Shown: positions 1 to 10,246 of the stretch, one piece after another
How the letters are laid out: each line of letters begins with the position of its first letter
How positions within the stretch are numbered: position 1 is the stretch's first letter
Origin: Methanopyrus kandleri AV19
Lineage (GTDB): Archaea > JAADCQ01 > Methanopyri > Methanopyrales > Methanopyraceae
Direction: 5' to 3'
DNA length: 32,000 bases
Assembly: GCF_000007185.1 (NCBI RefSeq)
Contig: NC_003551.1
Location: forward strand, 270,001-302,000
Made by a program: the position numbers and the translations under genes
Notes under the pieces: model-generated
The model's database searches: none
What the model was told of the DNA's origin: nothing
What the model saw: only the letters and a program-made list of their open reading frames with translations

Positions 1-78
1 CATCTACCGCCAGATCGTATACTTAGCCCAGTAGCGTGTCTATTACAGTTCTTTTTCACAGCATTTGCAGCGTATCCC

Positions 79-1053
79 ATGATTCTATTCCCTACAACTA
101 ATAGCTTACCTTATGTGTTGCCATTTACAGTAATCAATGTTTTAATCATTATTAAAGTCCGTAAATTACTTCCCTCTGTTCTTAGAGTAATGTGGATAAC
201 ATGTATAGTTACAATTCTAGCATTAGCTGTGGTTTCCGGAAGTATAGTCGGAGGACGTCTTTTAGTTGTAGTTCCATTACTAACAGCTATGAGTTTAGTT
301 CTACCAGCAGCAAATAGAAACTTATTAGCACTAGGAGCATTATTTGGATATTGTGCGCTAACTATTCATTGGTGGCTTGCAATCATAATACATGGAAATG
401 AAGGTATTAGTACACTACCGGTTTGGGTTCTAAAAGAACATTGGAATATATTCTATAAATCCCTTTGTAATAAAGACGTTATAGCCACTCTACCCGAAGG
501 CTTGCTCCCATTTACATGTACATGGAAACCACGTGAAGTTGCTTACGTAGTTCGAACGTTCCCTGAACCTTACACCTCTATACTGTTGACAGCCAAGGAG
601 GGTAGTGAGATATTACTATACGCACCTCCGGTGCGAGCTGAAAGAGGATACATTGTAAAGAAGTTGCCACCTCCGGGGCGCGTCTGGGTGGCCGGTAACC
701 GCGCTGGGTCACTCCGATGTAACGTCCTGATCGGAGCGGAACGGTACAACCGTCAGGTGATAATACACGTTAACGTGGTTAACTACAGTTGGGTACCTAT
801 ACCCACAATAAACATCAAAGGAAAGCTCCGGAAGAGGGCGATAGTGCTCTCAACACCGAAATCGAGCACGTTACCGGCTATCAATGTCCACCGTATTCCG
901 GAGGGTTTCCTTGTCAGGATCTCGTATTCGCACGGTGTGAGAGTTGTGAAGATAACGATCTCCGGGGCCAGATGGGTTGGTGATAAACTGGTGTTCCACG
1001 GATCTCTGAGGGACCTCATCGCGAACATACGAGTCACCGGCGACTTAGTCTGA
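79..1053 (+). CDS. Membrane protein, unknown function (N-terminal TM helices, C-terminal beta-rich soluble domain)
   Basis: 324 aa ORF; several hydrophobic segments in the first ~110 residues; the N-terminal half is AT-rich and the C-terminal half GC-rich. Confidence 0.65.
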   Translation: MILFPTTNSLPYVLPFTVINVLIIIKVRKLLPSVLRVMWITCIVTILALAVVSGSIVGGRLLVVVPLLTAMSLVLPAANRNLLALGALFGYCALTIHWWLAIIIHGNEGISTLPVWVLKEHWNIFYKSLCNKDVIATLPEGLLPFTCTWKPREVAYVVRTFPEPYTSILLTAKEGSEILLYAPPVRAERGYIVKKLPPPGRVWVAGNRAGSLRCNVLIGAERYNRQVIIHVNVVNYSWVPIPTINIKGKLRKRAIVLSTPKSSTLPAINVHRIPEGFLVRISYSHGVRVVKITISGARWVGDKLVFHGSLRDLIANIRVTGDLV

Positions 1054-1206
1054 CGGTTGAGAGGGGAACTAGGTCGGGTAAGGCCCCTGTTCGTCATCGC
1101 GTAGCTCCGACGAAACCTCCCTCCTCATCCCCTCGAGTTCGTTCGGGGTGGAACGGTCGGGGAAGCCCAGGTACAGGTCATCAGGGACTCCCCCGGTACG
1201 GCCTCC

Positions 1207-2499
1207 TCATCCCGTGAGCCGATCGAGTGCCTCTTCGAAGGCTTCCTCGGTGCGTTCCAGGTCCGTCTCGGTGTGCGCGATGGACAGGAACCAGGCCTCG
1301 TAATTCGAGGCCGCGATCCATACGCCGTGCTCTAACAACTCCCTGTGGAACCGCTTGAACGCATCGTGGTCGGCCGAGTTTACGTCGGCGTAATCTCGGA
1401 CCTCTTCGATCCCGAAGTACACCTGGAACATGGACTCCACTCGGTTCACGACTCCTTCGATGCCACGGTCCTCGAGGCCGTCCTCCAGGGCGGAGGCCAA
1501 CCGCTCCGCCTTCGATGAGAGTTCGTCGTAGGGTCGTTCACGTTCGAGTACCTCGAGCGTCACCAGGCCCGCCGTAGCCGACACCGGGTTGCCGTTGAAC
1601 GTGCCGGCCTGGTATACTTTGCCCTCGGGTGCAACGCGCGACATGTACTCCTCCGGGCCTCCGAAGGCCCCTATCGGGAGCCCTCCTCCCAGGATCTTAC
1701 CCAGGCAGACGAGGTCCGCGTCGATACCGTAGTACTCCTGGGCACCACCCAACTCCAGTCGGAATCCCGTGATCACCTCGTCGAAGATCAGCAACCGCTC
1801 GGTCCCGTCGCAGTACTCGCGAAGTACTTTCAGGAACTCCTCGTCGGGGGGCACACAGCCGGCGTTACCCAGCACGGGTTCCACGATCACCGCACCGATC
1901 TCCTCGTCGAACCTCTCCACGGTCTCCACGAAAGCTTCGACGTCGTTGAACGGGCAGACGAGGGTGTTCTCCGCCACCGACTCCGGGATACCCGGTGAGT
2001 CGGGCGCCCCGAGCTCGGAGGCCCCGGATCCCGCCCGGACGAGCACCGCGTCGTGGGCTCCGTGGTAGCACCCTTCGAACTTCACGATCTTCTCACGGCC
2101 CGTGTACGCGCGGGCGAGCCGTATCGCGCTCATCGTCGCCTCGGTGCCGGTGTTCACCAATCTCACCTTCTCCACGTTCGGAACCAGCTCGACGACTTTC
2201 TCCGCGAGCTTCAGCTCGGGGAGCGTCGGTGTACCGTAGTGGAAGCCCTCCCGCACCCGCTCGACCACGGCCTCTACGACCTCGGGGTGGGCGTGTCCCA
2301 GTATTAACGGACCGAAGGCCAAGCAGTAGTCAATCAGGACGTGTCCGTCCACGGTGTACAGGCGCGAACCCTCGGCCCTTTCGACGTAGAACGGGTACGG
2401 ATCGAACCGTCGGACCGGACTGCTCACGCCGCCCGGCATCACTCGCTCGGCGCGCTTGAAGAGCTCGAGCGACTCGGGGAACTCGTCCTCGTAACCCAA
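1207..2499 (-). CDS. hemL: Glutamate-1-semialdehyde 2,1-aminomutase
   Basis: 430 aa; class III aminotransferase features: MPGGVSSPVR, GTEATMSAIRLARAYTGR, KFEGCYHGAHD, LLIFDEVITGFR, LGKILGGGLPIGAFGG, FQAGTFNGNPVS. Confidence 0.97.
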   Translation of the reverse strand: MGYEDEFPESLELFKRAERVMPGGVSSPVRRFDPYPFYVERAEGSRLYTVDGHVLIDYCLAFGPLILGHAHPEVVEAVVERVREGFHYGTPTLPELKLAEKVVELVPNVEKVRLVNTGTEATMSAIRLARAYTGREKIVKFEGCYHGAHDAVLVRAGSGASELGAPDSPGIPESVAENTLVCPFNDVEAFVETVERFDEEIGAVIVEPVLGNAGCVPPDEEFLKVLREYCDGTERLLIFDEVITGFRLELGGAQEYYGIDADLVCLGKILGGGLPIGAFGGPEEYMSRVAPEGKVYQAGTFNGNPVSATAGLVTLEVLERERPYDELSSKAERLASALEDGLEDRGIEGVVNRVESMFQVYFGIEEVRDYADVNSADHDAFKRFHRELLEHGVWIAASNYEAWFLSIAHTETDLERTEEAFEEALDRLTG

Positions 2500-2614
2500 G
2501 CTGAGCCCCGATGGGGCATAGGAGCAGGTGCTTAATGAGTGCCTCGCGACTTGCTACGGTATGGAGGGAGTTCCGTGGGACGCCATTCGTTTCGAATTTC
2601 ATAACGATTCGGGT

Positions 2615-2692
<78 letters not shown>

Positions 2693-2911
2693 GCGCCCGT
2701 TCGGGCCACGATCGTCAGCATACTTATATGTTGCGCTGCCGACCGGGCCCGATCGCTCGGTCCCTCGACTCGCTCTCCCGCACCGGTCGAACCGTCGGTA
2801 CCTACCGGGACGGCGGAAGGTGCTGGGGGTAGGAGCGGCACTCGTCCAACTCCGCGTCTCCGGGGACGGGACGAGGGACGGCGCACCACCTCCGGCCGAC
2901 CGGACGGGTCG

Positions 2912-3337
2912 CTATTCACCCTCCAGCTCCCGCAGCCGCCGGACCATCTTGACGGCGGCTTCTACGGCGCGCTTGGCGTAGTGAACGCGCTCCAGGGCCT
3001 CCATCCTGGTCATGCCCGGACCGGAGATACCTAACGCCACGGGCTTACCGTACTCGACCATCAGATCCTGTATCTTCCTGAACGCCTGTTGCGCGATAGC
3101 CTGGTCGTGGTCGGTGTCACCCTTGATGATCGCACCTAGGGTCACGACGGCGTCGATGTCGTCGCGCTCGAGGAGCTTCCTGACCGCCAACGGTACCTCG
3201 AAGGATCCGGGGACGAGGACGCGTTCGACGACCTTCGCCCCAAGATCCTTGGCGTGTTGGACCGCGAGCTCCTCCATCGCGTAGGTTATCTCCCGGTTGA
3301 ATTCCGTCACGACGAGACCCAGTCGTATCTCCGACAC
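2912..3337 (-). CDS. ribH: 6,7-dimethyl-8-ribityllumazine synthase (start set at GTG 3337; longest ORF runs to 3391)
   Basis: [95 protein letters not shown]. Confidence 0.93.
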   Translation of the reverse strand: MSEIRLGLVVTEFNREITYAMEELAVQHAKDLGAKVVERVLVPGSFEVPLAVRKLLERDDIDAVVTLGAIIKGDTDHDQAIAQQAFRKIQDLMVEYGKPVALGISGPGMTRMEALERVHYAKRAVEAAVKMVRRLRELEGE

Positions 3338-3411
3338 CTGACACACCCCGACGGCTCCGCGCTCCGACACGTCCAAAACCCCTACGGTCACCAGTCGGTG
3401 GGGGGACGGTA

Positions 3412-4092
3412 TTGGCCGAAGACGATAAGGTCTTTCGACGCGCCCGTGAGCGCCTGGTGGAGCGGTTGAAGTCCCTGGGTTACATTAGATCGAACCGCGT
3501 GGCCGAGGCCATGCTCAAGGTGCCGCGTCACGAGTTCGTTCCGGAGGATCTCCGCGATCGGGCCTACGTCGACTCGCCCTTACCCATCGGCAGGGGACAG
3601 ACCATCTCGGCCCCGCACATGGTGGCGATCATGACCGAGTTGCTCGACCCACGGCCCGGACACAAGGTGCTCGAGGTGGGGGCGGGTTCGGGGTACCACG
3701 CCGCCGTGGTAGCCGAACTGGTGAAACCCGACGGTCGTGTGATCACGGTCGAGAGGATCCCGGAGCTCGCGGACTTCGCCCGGAATAACCTGAAGAAAAC
3801 CGGATACGACCGTTTCGTGAAGGTGTTGGTGGGGGACGGGACCAAGGGCTACCCGCCCGAAGCCCCGTACGACCGTATTCTGGTGACGGCGGGCGCCCCG
3901 GACGTCCCGGAAAGCCTGCTGGAGCAGCTGAAACCGGGAGGGAAGATGGTCATTCCTGTGGGAGACCGGCACATGCAGGAGCTGTGGTTGGTGGAGAAGA
4001 CCGAGGACGGAGAGATCAGGCGTCGTCGGCACGGTGGATGCGCGTTCGTACCGCTCATAGGGGAGGAGGGGTTCCAGGAACCCGAATCTTGA
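3412..4092 (+). CDS. pcm: Protein-L-isoaspartate O-methyltransferase
   Basis: [37 protein letters not shown] and [18 protein letters not shown] motifs. Confidence 0.95.
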   Translation: MAEDDKVFRRARERLVERLKSLGYIRSNRVAEAMLKVPRHEFVPEDLRDRAYVDSPLPIGRGQTISAPHMVAIMTELLDPRPGHKVLEVGAGSGYHAAVVAELVKPDGRVITVERIPELADFARNNLKKTGYDRFVKVLVGDGTKGYPPEAPYDRILVTAGAPDVPESLLEQLKPGGKMVIPVGDRHMQELWLVEKTEDGEIRRRRHGGCAFVPLIGEEGFQEPES

Positions 4093-4182
4093 CCCACTCT
4101 AGAGGATATGTACGACCCCGGGGATGAGGAGACCGGCAGGAGGAGACCGAGATGATCGAGGACCCCGATACCCGACCCGGGG

Positions 4183-4878
4183 GTGAAGACCATGGCTAAA
4201 GTCCCTGATCGCGTGCTGAACCGCTCCGAAGTCGCCCAGAACCCACACCGGGCCGTGGGCGAGTACGTCGAGGCCGTGGTGGTGCAGATCAAGGGAGATC
4301 AGGGTATCCAGCTGGAGCTCGGCCTACCGTTCGGCGTGTTCCTACCGGCCGGAGCGATCCGAGCGGCCCTAGACTGGCCCGAACCGGTGGATTTGGAGCT
4401 GCTATTCATACCCGGAGAAGAGCTGATCGTCAAACTCGAGGACCTGGATCTTAAGAACAAGGTAGCCCGTGTATGGATCCCGGACTTCGAGGTGGAACGG
4501 CTCCGAGTGAGGCTCGGAGAGAAGCCGCCTCGCCGCGTGATCGAGATCATGACCAGGGAGGAGTTCTTCGATCTGATCACCGAGGGTCTGAAAACCGCCG
4601 AGATACGGCCGTCCGACCACCGATCGTTCAGGTACCTGGAGCCAGGCGATACGCTCGTGTTCAAGAACTTCAAGGCCGGCACCATGCGCTGCATCGAGAC
4701 GGTGGTCAGGAACGTCGAGAAGGATCTCGACCCCAAGGAGGCCGCCGAGCGGTTCTATCAGGAGGCCGGATTCGAGAGCCCCGAGGAGTGTCTAGAGGGA
4801 CTTAAGGAGATGTACGACGGACTGCCCGAGAAGGTCGATGTAGCCGAGTTCGAGCCGGTGAGGGAGTGGGAAGAATGA
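4183..4878 (+). CDS. Uncharacterised protein with possible C-terminal ASCH/PUA-like domain
   Basis: 231 aa; ITEGLKTAEIRPSDHRSFRYLEPGDTLVFKN resembles an ASCH-type beta-barrel entry; N-terminus unassigned. Confidence 0.6.
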   Translation: MKTMAKVPDRVLNRSEVAQNPHRAVGEYVEAVVVQIKGDQGIQLELGLPFGVFLPAGAIRAALDWPEPVDLELLFIPGEELIVKLEDLDLKNKVARVWIPDFEVERLRVRLGEKPPRRVIEIMTREEFFDLITEGLKTAEIRPSDHRSFRYLEPGDTLVFKNFKAGTMRCIETVVRNVEKDLDPKEAAERFYQEAGFESPEECLEGLKEMYDGLPEKVDVAEFEPVREWEE

Positions 4879-5285
4879 AGGAGGAGGTGGCGAAAAGGAT
4901 CGCATCGGAGGTAGCGCCCCGGGTCGACTCGAAGGTAGTGGACAGGATCTACGTGGCCGTACGTGAGGGTACCGAGGAAGACCCGGAACCCGTCGCGAAG
5001 CTCGTCGAGGAAGGAGAGGAAGTGTACGTGGTCTTCATCGGGCTCGAGGAGTCCGAGGACAGCGGTGCCGATAGAACCCTCGTGAATCCCAGGAACCTCG
5101 AAGCTATGACCGTCGATCTAATGGAGTGGGCGAAGGAGGAATTCGAGGATGTCCACGTGTTAATCGGCGGAGTATCCTTCGTCTGGAAGGGTGGCTCGTT
5201 CCGGGATCTCCTACGACGCTACGGTGAGGATCCGGACGACTTCACGGTGATCGAGGAGAAGGCCGTCGGTATTCCGCCCCGCTGA
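4866..5285 (+). CDS. Conserved-looking hypothetical acidic protein
   Basis: 139 aa ORF overlapping the 3' end of the preceding gene, acidic composition typical of the genome. Confidence 0.55.
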   Translation: MGRMKEEVAKRIASEVAPRVDSKVVDRIYVAVREGTEEDPEPVAKLVEEGEEVYVVFIGLEESEDSGADRTLVNPRNLEAMTVDLMEWAKEEFEDVHVLIGGVSFVWKGGSFRDLLRRYGEDPDDFTVIEEKAVGIPPR

Positions 5286-5403
5286 TCCGACGCCCGCCGG
5301 AGCTCCTCTAAGGGTATTAGGGAGTTGTCGCGCTTCACGTACTCTGAGCGCGTGGCTCTGGCTCTCCGCACGTCCGCGATACGTCGGCCACCACCTACGG
5401 TGT

Positions 5404-6201
5404 TCACAGATCGTAGGCGCGTCCGTCCCGGGCAGCGACGGTCTCAACGCCGGTCTCGTGCTCAATACGTCTCGCTTCGCGCCCGGGGCCTACCCTGAGC
5501 ATCTTCATTCCGAAATGGGTTATGAAAACTTTCCGAAGTTCGGGTGCTTCCGAAACTAGCTCTATCACGTCGTAGGTGCAAAGATGCCCTCTGATCCTGT
5601 CTGATCCCGGTCTCACGACGTTGACTATGGCGACGGTCACGTCCTCTATCACCTCAAAAAAATCTTCACGGAGTTCCGTGTCTCCGGTGTAGTAAATGGA
5701 GTCGTCCTCTGTTTCGAGACGGAACCCGATGCCGGTAGGATCCCCATGGGTAGTCGGTACCGCTTCGAGTGTTCCGGCCGGTAGGTCGATCTCGTCGCCA
5801 GGTTCGAGCGCCACGACTTCTTCCGGTAAGCTTCGGTGGTAAGCGCTGAGGACGGGACCGTAGTCACCGGAGTCATCGGAATACCCTTCCACCGCGGAAA
5901 CGGAACCCACGAACGTGCCGCGACGTTTAGTCCCGCCGCGTGTCATAGCCTCGACGAGCACCTCGGCTTCGGCGTAGTGATCGGGGTGTGAATGGGAGAC
6001 GAACACGGCGTCGACGGCCGTGGTGGGTCGCCGGGAGAGTCGGGTACTCAGGAGACATCCGGGCCCTGGGTCCACGTGGAGATGGAAGTCGGGAAATTCG
6101 AGACGAAAACCTCCGGTTCTGCGTTTCTGAGTGATCATAGCGAAACGTCCGCCGCCTGTACCGGCGAAGAACACTGTGGGGTTGTCCGTCCACCGGTTCA
6201 A
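5404..6201 (-). CDS. Metallo-beta-lactamase-fold metal-dependent hydrolase
   Basis: HSHPDHY metal-binding motif, THGDPTGIGF, YYTGDTEL, FITHFGMKM. Confidence 0.85.
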   Translation of the reverse strand: MNRWTDNPTVFFAGTGGGRFAMITQKRRTGGFRLEFPDFHLHVDPGPGCLLSTRLSRRPTTAVDAVFVSHSHPDHYAEAEVLVEAMTRGGTKRRGTFVGSVSAVEGYSDDSGDYGPVLSAYHRSLPEEVVALEPGDEIDLPAGTLEAVPTTHGDPTGIGFRLETEDDSIYYTGDTELREDFFEVIEDVTVAIVNVVRPGSDRIRGHLCTYDVIELVSEAPELRKVFITHFGMKMLRVGPGREARRIEHETGVETVAARDGRAYDL

Positions 6202-7166
6202 CGTCTCGTTCGGCAGATTGAGTACCCCGTGATCACGGGCAGGTCCTTTCCATCTATCTTCATTACCCCGTCTTTCACCACCACCCTATCTCCCGGCTCC
6301 ACCTCCTCAGGATTACCTTCGACGGCCATGACGATCTCCTCACCGGGACCGGCGACCACGTCCCCCATGTGCCTGGCGTCGACGTCCTCCGCGAGCCTGA
6401 CGACGATCCGCCGCTCGGGGGGAACGTCCTCCACCCCTTTACCCTCTTCCTCGGTGCCGACCTCGACGACCTCGCCGACGACTCCTTCCTTCAAGATATC
6501 GTAACCTTCCCGGATATGCTTGAGCATCTCCTCGGCGAGTCGCCGTCTGTGCTCGCGGAGCCGTTCGATGTCCTCGTCGATGGCCTTCTGGAGGCGGGCT
6601 CGAGCCAGGGGGTCCGCCTTGCCCTTCACCTCGTACGCATCGTACTCGGAGCTCACGAGGATCGTACCGGAGGACACGTACTCGAAGAGGTCATCCAGGG
6701 CGTTCCGGAGGGATTCCAGGTCGGGTTTCCCTCCGAGCTCGGAGTTCACGAACTCGATCACCAGTTCCTTGACGACCTTGGGGCCTTCCACGATCAGGGC
6801 GGGGCCGCCGAAATTCTTGGAGAGGACCTTTTCCCCTTCAAGCTCAACGATAGCGTGGGCGCCGGGAGTCGCGTAAACGCGGCGCCTCCGAACGCCTTTG
6901 GCCGATCTCACGCCGACTTCTCCGGCCACTACCTCGTCGTTCACTTTCCAGACTTTCTTCCTATCGTCGTGGAACTCGAAGTAACCATCCTCGACGTCGA
7001 GATCTTTCAGGAACGATTCCAATTCTTCTTCGGTCCTTATCTCACCGGAGTACAGTTTTTCTTCCACTTTCCGCATCTTTTCCTCGTCCATACGAGCGAC
7101 TAGGGTGCGACGGTCCCCGGCCACGAGAGCACCGTCCGTCCCGGCGTAGGCCAGTACCAGGGTCAA
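6198..7166 (-). CDS. DUF2121-like archaeal protein with N-terminal Ntn-hydrolase/proteasome-like domain
   Basis: MTLVLAYAGTDGALVAGDRRTL start, internal charged helices, C-terminal beta domain; overlaps the next gene by 4 nt. Confidence 0.6.
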   Translation of the reverse strand: MTLVLAYAGTDGALVAGDRRTLVARMDEEKMRKVEEKLYSGEIRTEEELESFLKDLDVEDGYFEFHDDRKKVWKVNDEVVAGEVGVRSAKGVRRRRVYATPGAHAIVELEGEKVLSKNFGGPALIVEGPKVVKELVIEFVNSELGGKPDLESLRNALDDLFEYVSSGTILVSSEYDAYEVKGKADPLARARLQKAIDEDIERLREHRRRLAEEMLKHIREGYDILKEGVVGEVVEVGTEEEGKGVEDVPPERRIVVRLAEDVDARHMGDVVAGPGEEIVMAVEGNPEEVEPGDRVVVKDGVMKIDGKDLPVITGYSICRTRR

Positions 7167-7207
7167 CGCGTTCCCTCCCCGCGTTCGGTTGAGATTTCGA
7201 ATTAGTC

Positions 7208-8248
7208 TCAGGCGTATCGGTATATGCAGGCGTCAACGTTCTCCAGATGACGTTCGGCGGCACGTTTACACTCTCGCATAACACAGACCGGCGTGTAACC
7301 GAGGTCCGCTGAGTGGTATTGAGGCACGTGCTGGAGAAGCCGGTAAGGTATACGTTCGTCGATGGAAGCCAGAAACTCCGCGATTTTCTCTACCTCCTCG
7401 GGCGTAATGTACTCGGGCACTACTAGGGTGCTCGGGCGGAGGATCGGTGGATCTTCTCGCGCGAATTCCCGACCGATGATCTCGAGGTTCTTAAACGTGT
7501 ACTCAGGATCGGAGAAGGATAGGGCGTAGTATATCCGTGGGTCGTACGCCTTGACGTCCATGTTGAAACCTCCACCGGACTCGTAGCAGATCTCGGCGAT
7601 TCTGCGCATGAGTTTCGGTCTCAAGCTTCCGTTCGTTTCCAAGCACACGCGAACGCGGAGCTCCTCCCACTCACGTCCGATCTCTATAACCTGGTCGTAA
7701 TGGGGGGTGGGATCACCACCGAAGAAACATACGCACGTCACGTCCGGATCGGAGGCACGACGTTTCAAATCTTCGGCACTCAGCCGCTCACGTTCTACCC
7801 AGTGCTCGTAATTCTGGCAGAAGAAGCAGTGGTGGGTGCAGCCTCCATAGAATACGGCTAAGTTATACCGACCGCGCTCGGGCCCCCGTGTTTCCGTGTA
7901 CTTCGGGTACCCGCGGGAGGTGGCACCGGGGCAGACCCACGCTCCCACGCAGTTGGTGGGGTGGGGGTCCAAATACGCGCGGCCCGCGTGCTCACGGATT
8001 ATCTTACCGCCCTCGTTTCGAACGACGCCACAGTACCCGACCTTCCCTTCGGGTATCCTACACCGGTTCACGCAGGCGCCGCACTCGAGCCCCTCCGACG
8101 GCGGCTCCGGTGGGAGTCCAAGCTCTCTCCTCGCTTCAGCGTGCGCCTCTCGGAGGATCTCTCGGGCTTTATCCCAGCGGTTCAGGATACACTCCCTGCA
8201 CACGCGTAAAAATGAGGATGCGGGATCCCCGCAGAGTTCGCAGGTCAT
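7208..8248 (-). CDS. Radical SAM protein (PflA/PflX-like) with N-terminal Cys-rich motifs
   Basis: FYGGCTHHCFFCQNYEHW (CxxxCxxC), CFFGGDPTPH, CELCG..CREC and CGACVNRC..GYCG. Confidence 0.88.
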   Translation of the reverse strand: MTCELCGDPASSFLRVCRECILNRWDKAREILREAHAEARRELGLPPEPPSEGLECGACVNRCRIPEGKVGYCGVVRNEGGKIIREHAGRAYLDPHPTNCVGAWVCPGATSRGYPKYTETRGPERGRYNLAVFYGGCTHHCFFCQNYEHWVERERLSAEDLKRRASDPDVTCVCFFGGDPTPHYDQVIEIGREWEELRVRVCLETNGSLRPKLMRRIAEICYESGGGFNMDVKAYDPRIYYALSFSDPEYTFKNLEIIGREFAREDPPILRPSTLVVPEYITPEEVEKIAEFLASIDERIPYRLLQHVPQYHSADLGYTPVCVMRECKRAAERHLENVDACIYRYA

Positions 8249-8508
8249 TCTTCTTCCTCCGTCAACACGTGTCCGACCAGCTTCACGTCGACGTTCACGC
8301 CCTCGAAGGCGGACTCGAGGGTGGCCTTGACCTGCTCCACGATCATCAGTGCGGAGGGACAGAACGGGTTAGTGGGCCGGACGACGACTTCGATGTTCTC
8401 CTCGTCGGCGTTCACCTCCTCGACGAGCCTCATCGAGACTATGTCGAGTCCCGTGTGTGGGTCTTTCACCTTCTTGAGCTCCTTTAACACTTCCTCTTCA
8501 GAGGGCAA
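8245..8508 (-). CDS. MIP18/DUF59 family protein (PaaD/SufT-like)
   Basis: VLKELKKVKDPHTGLDIVSMRLVEEV ... VRPTNPFCPSALMIVEQVKATLE. Confidence 0.8.
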   Translation of the reverse strand: MPSEEEVLKELKKVKDPHTGLDIVSMRLVEEVNADEENIEVVVRPTNPFCPSALMIVEQVKATLESAFEGVNVDVKLVGHVLTEEEE

Positions 8509-8514
8509 CTCGGT

Positions 8515-8946
8515 TCACCCCCGAGCCTTCCGGAGCACCTCTTTCGCGAACTTACGGGCTTTTTGAACATCTCGTTCGTCGGGGTGTCCTCTGGCGATCA
8601 AGGGTAAGAAAGGGTGCTCTCCCTTTACGGTCAGTTCTCCGATCACCTCTCCGCCGGCTCGTTCGATCTTCTCGCGCATCCATCGGATGGTTTTACCCGG
8701 GTGTAAGGAATACGTGCAGAACAGGGCGACTTTCACGTCGCTCCAGTCGTTGTTGCGCACGAAGTGACGAACCGGCTCCGCCGGTCGGAACGCGTGAACC
8801 GGAGTGCCGAGGAACGCGAGCTCGGCGTCCAAGCGTTCGTTGCCGCTGAGGATCTCGACGAGCGAGGCGTCCGTGGTCGAAGCGATCACTTGGGCGATCA
8901 GTCGCGTGTTTCCCGTCTCCGAAAAGAAGTATACTTTGCGTCTTAT
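8515..8946 (-). CDS. Flavodoxin-like protein; apparent ATA start at 8946 preceded by GGAGGTGA
   Basis: Reading upstream of the track ORF (8889) in frame gives IRRKVYFFSETGNTRLIAQVIASTTDAS..., a first strand plus FMN-phosphate-loop-like SETGNT. Confidence 0.6.
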   Translation of the reverse strand: MRRKVYFFSETGNTRLIAQVIASTTDASLVEILSGNERLDAELAFLGTPVHAFRPAEPVRHFVRNNDWSDVKVALFCTYSLHPGKTIRWMREKIERAGGEVIGELTVKGEHPFLPLIARGHPDERDVQKARKFAKEVLRKARG

Positions 8947-8975
8947 GGCGGCTCACCTCCGCACGTGATCGGCGA

Positions 8976-10052
8976 TCACGGTTCCGGGTCAGGCATCTCG
9001 ACGACCCTTTCGAGCTCTAGGTAGAGTTTTTCCATCTCCTCTTGATACTCGGCCTTACCGAGCGCTACGGCGTCCATGCGTTCCTCCAGGTCTCTCGTAG
9101 TTTCCTCCGATACGAACCGCTCGTAGTGGGTACTGAGGTACTCGTAGACGGCCTCACCACGGGTCGTCGGGAATATCCACCTCCGTTGCGGTACCTCGTA
9201 CACGTACCCACGCCGGAACAGCTTCTCGACTATCTGCGCGTAGGTGCTAGGACGGCCGAGTCCCCGCTCTCGCATGTCTTCAACCAACTCCGATTGATCG
9301 TACGGGTACTCTTCATGCCGTTCCAGCACCTCCACGTCGCCTATTTCGAGCCGATCTCCCTCCTCCAGTTCCGGGGTCTCCCGGATGCCGTACGCCGGCA
9401 GGTCGTACTCCGTTAGGACCTTAGTGAAGCCCGGCTCGACGATCTCCAAAACTCCGCTGAGTTCGAGCTCCGCGACGGGCACTCCTTTGACTTCGACCTC
9501 CAGCACGGCCTCCTGGTAGAGGACCTTCGCGGGCTTCATCTGGCTGGCTACGAAACGTCGGAAGACGAGATCGTAAAGACGTAAATGGTGAGAAGTCAGC
9601 GTGACGGTGGTCTGAATCGCTCCCTCACGAACCATCGTCCGTAGCTCCTCGGCGTCGGCCGGTCTGGTGGGTCTTATACACTCGTGAGCACCTTCGACGT
9701 GCTCGGCCTCGGGTTCCCAGGTCCTCGGATTGTAGTCTTCGGGGTCGAAGTTAGCCCGGATGTAGTCCCGGGCTACGCGCTTGCCCTCCTCCGAGACCCT
9801 GGTAGAGTCGGTCCGGTGGTATGTGATGAGACCTCCCTCGAACAGGTCCTGGGCCAGCTGCATGACACGCTCGGACGACAGTCGAAGTCGTCGGGTAGCC
9901 GCCTGAAGCATGGTTCCGGTTTCGAAAGGTGGTTTAGGGTGTATTTCACGCTCCTCTCGCTCAACTCGGACGACCTCAGCCTTCGCTCCCCTCAGCGAAG
10001 TGTAGGTCGACTCGGCGACAGGTCTGTTCCGGATCCGGAGTGTCGCATTCAA
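8976..10052 (-). CDS. rgyA: Reverse gyrase subunit A (topoisomerase IA part with catalytic Tyr)
   Basis: 358 aa; PPFETGTMLQAATRRL, GLITYHRTDSTRVSEEG (active-site Tyr), EAHECIRPT-like AHECIRPTRP, GLGRPSTYAQIVEKLFRRGYV; no helicase domain attached. Confidence 0.92.
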   Translation of the reverse strand: MNATLRIRNRPVAESTYTSLRGAKAEVVRVEREEREIHPKPPFETGTMLQAATRRLRLSSERVMQLAQDLFEGGLITYHRTDSTRVSEEGKRVARDYIRANFDPEDYNPRTWEPEAEHVEGAHECIRPTRPADAEELRTMVREGAIQTTVTLTSHHLRLYDLVFRRFVASQMKPAKVLYQEAVLEVEVKGVPVAELELSGVLEIVEPGFTKVLTEYDLPAYGIRETPELEEGDRLEIGDVEVLERHEEYPYDQSELVEDMRERGLGRPSTYAQIVEKLFRRGYVYEVPQRRWIFPTTRGEAVYEYLSTHYERFVSEETTRDLEERMDAVALGKAEYQEEMEKLYLELERVVEMPDPEP

Positions 10053-10246
10053 TTACGATCCCCCGGTCTCGCAGGGTTAGGGCGAGCGCCGAGGTGAATA
10101 TGGACTTTCGGGAGAACGGGCCCGGGTCGGGTGGATAGGGCATGGACACGTTGTACCGACGCTGATGCGAGATAGCCCCCGGAGGCACCCGTATAGTGGA
10201 GGGGACGGGGAGCTCCGACGGCCAGGGTATCCGGGTAGTGATCCGG

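Noticed and set aside
1081-1206. In-frame 45-codon open extension after the hemL TGA (GGRTGGVPDDLYLGFPDRSTPNELEGMRREVSSELRDDEQGPYPT)
   Set aside because: Methanopyrus uses UGA for selenocysteine in some genes, but HemL normally ends where this one does. 45 open codons is not unusual at this GC content, and no SECIS could be established by eye.
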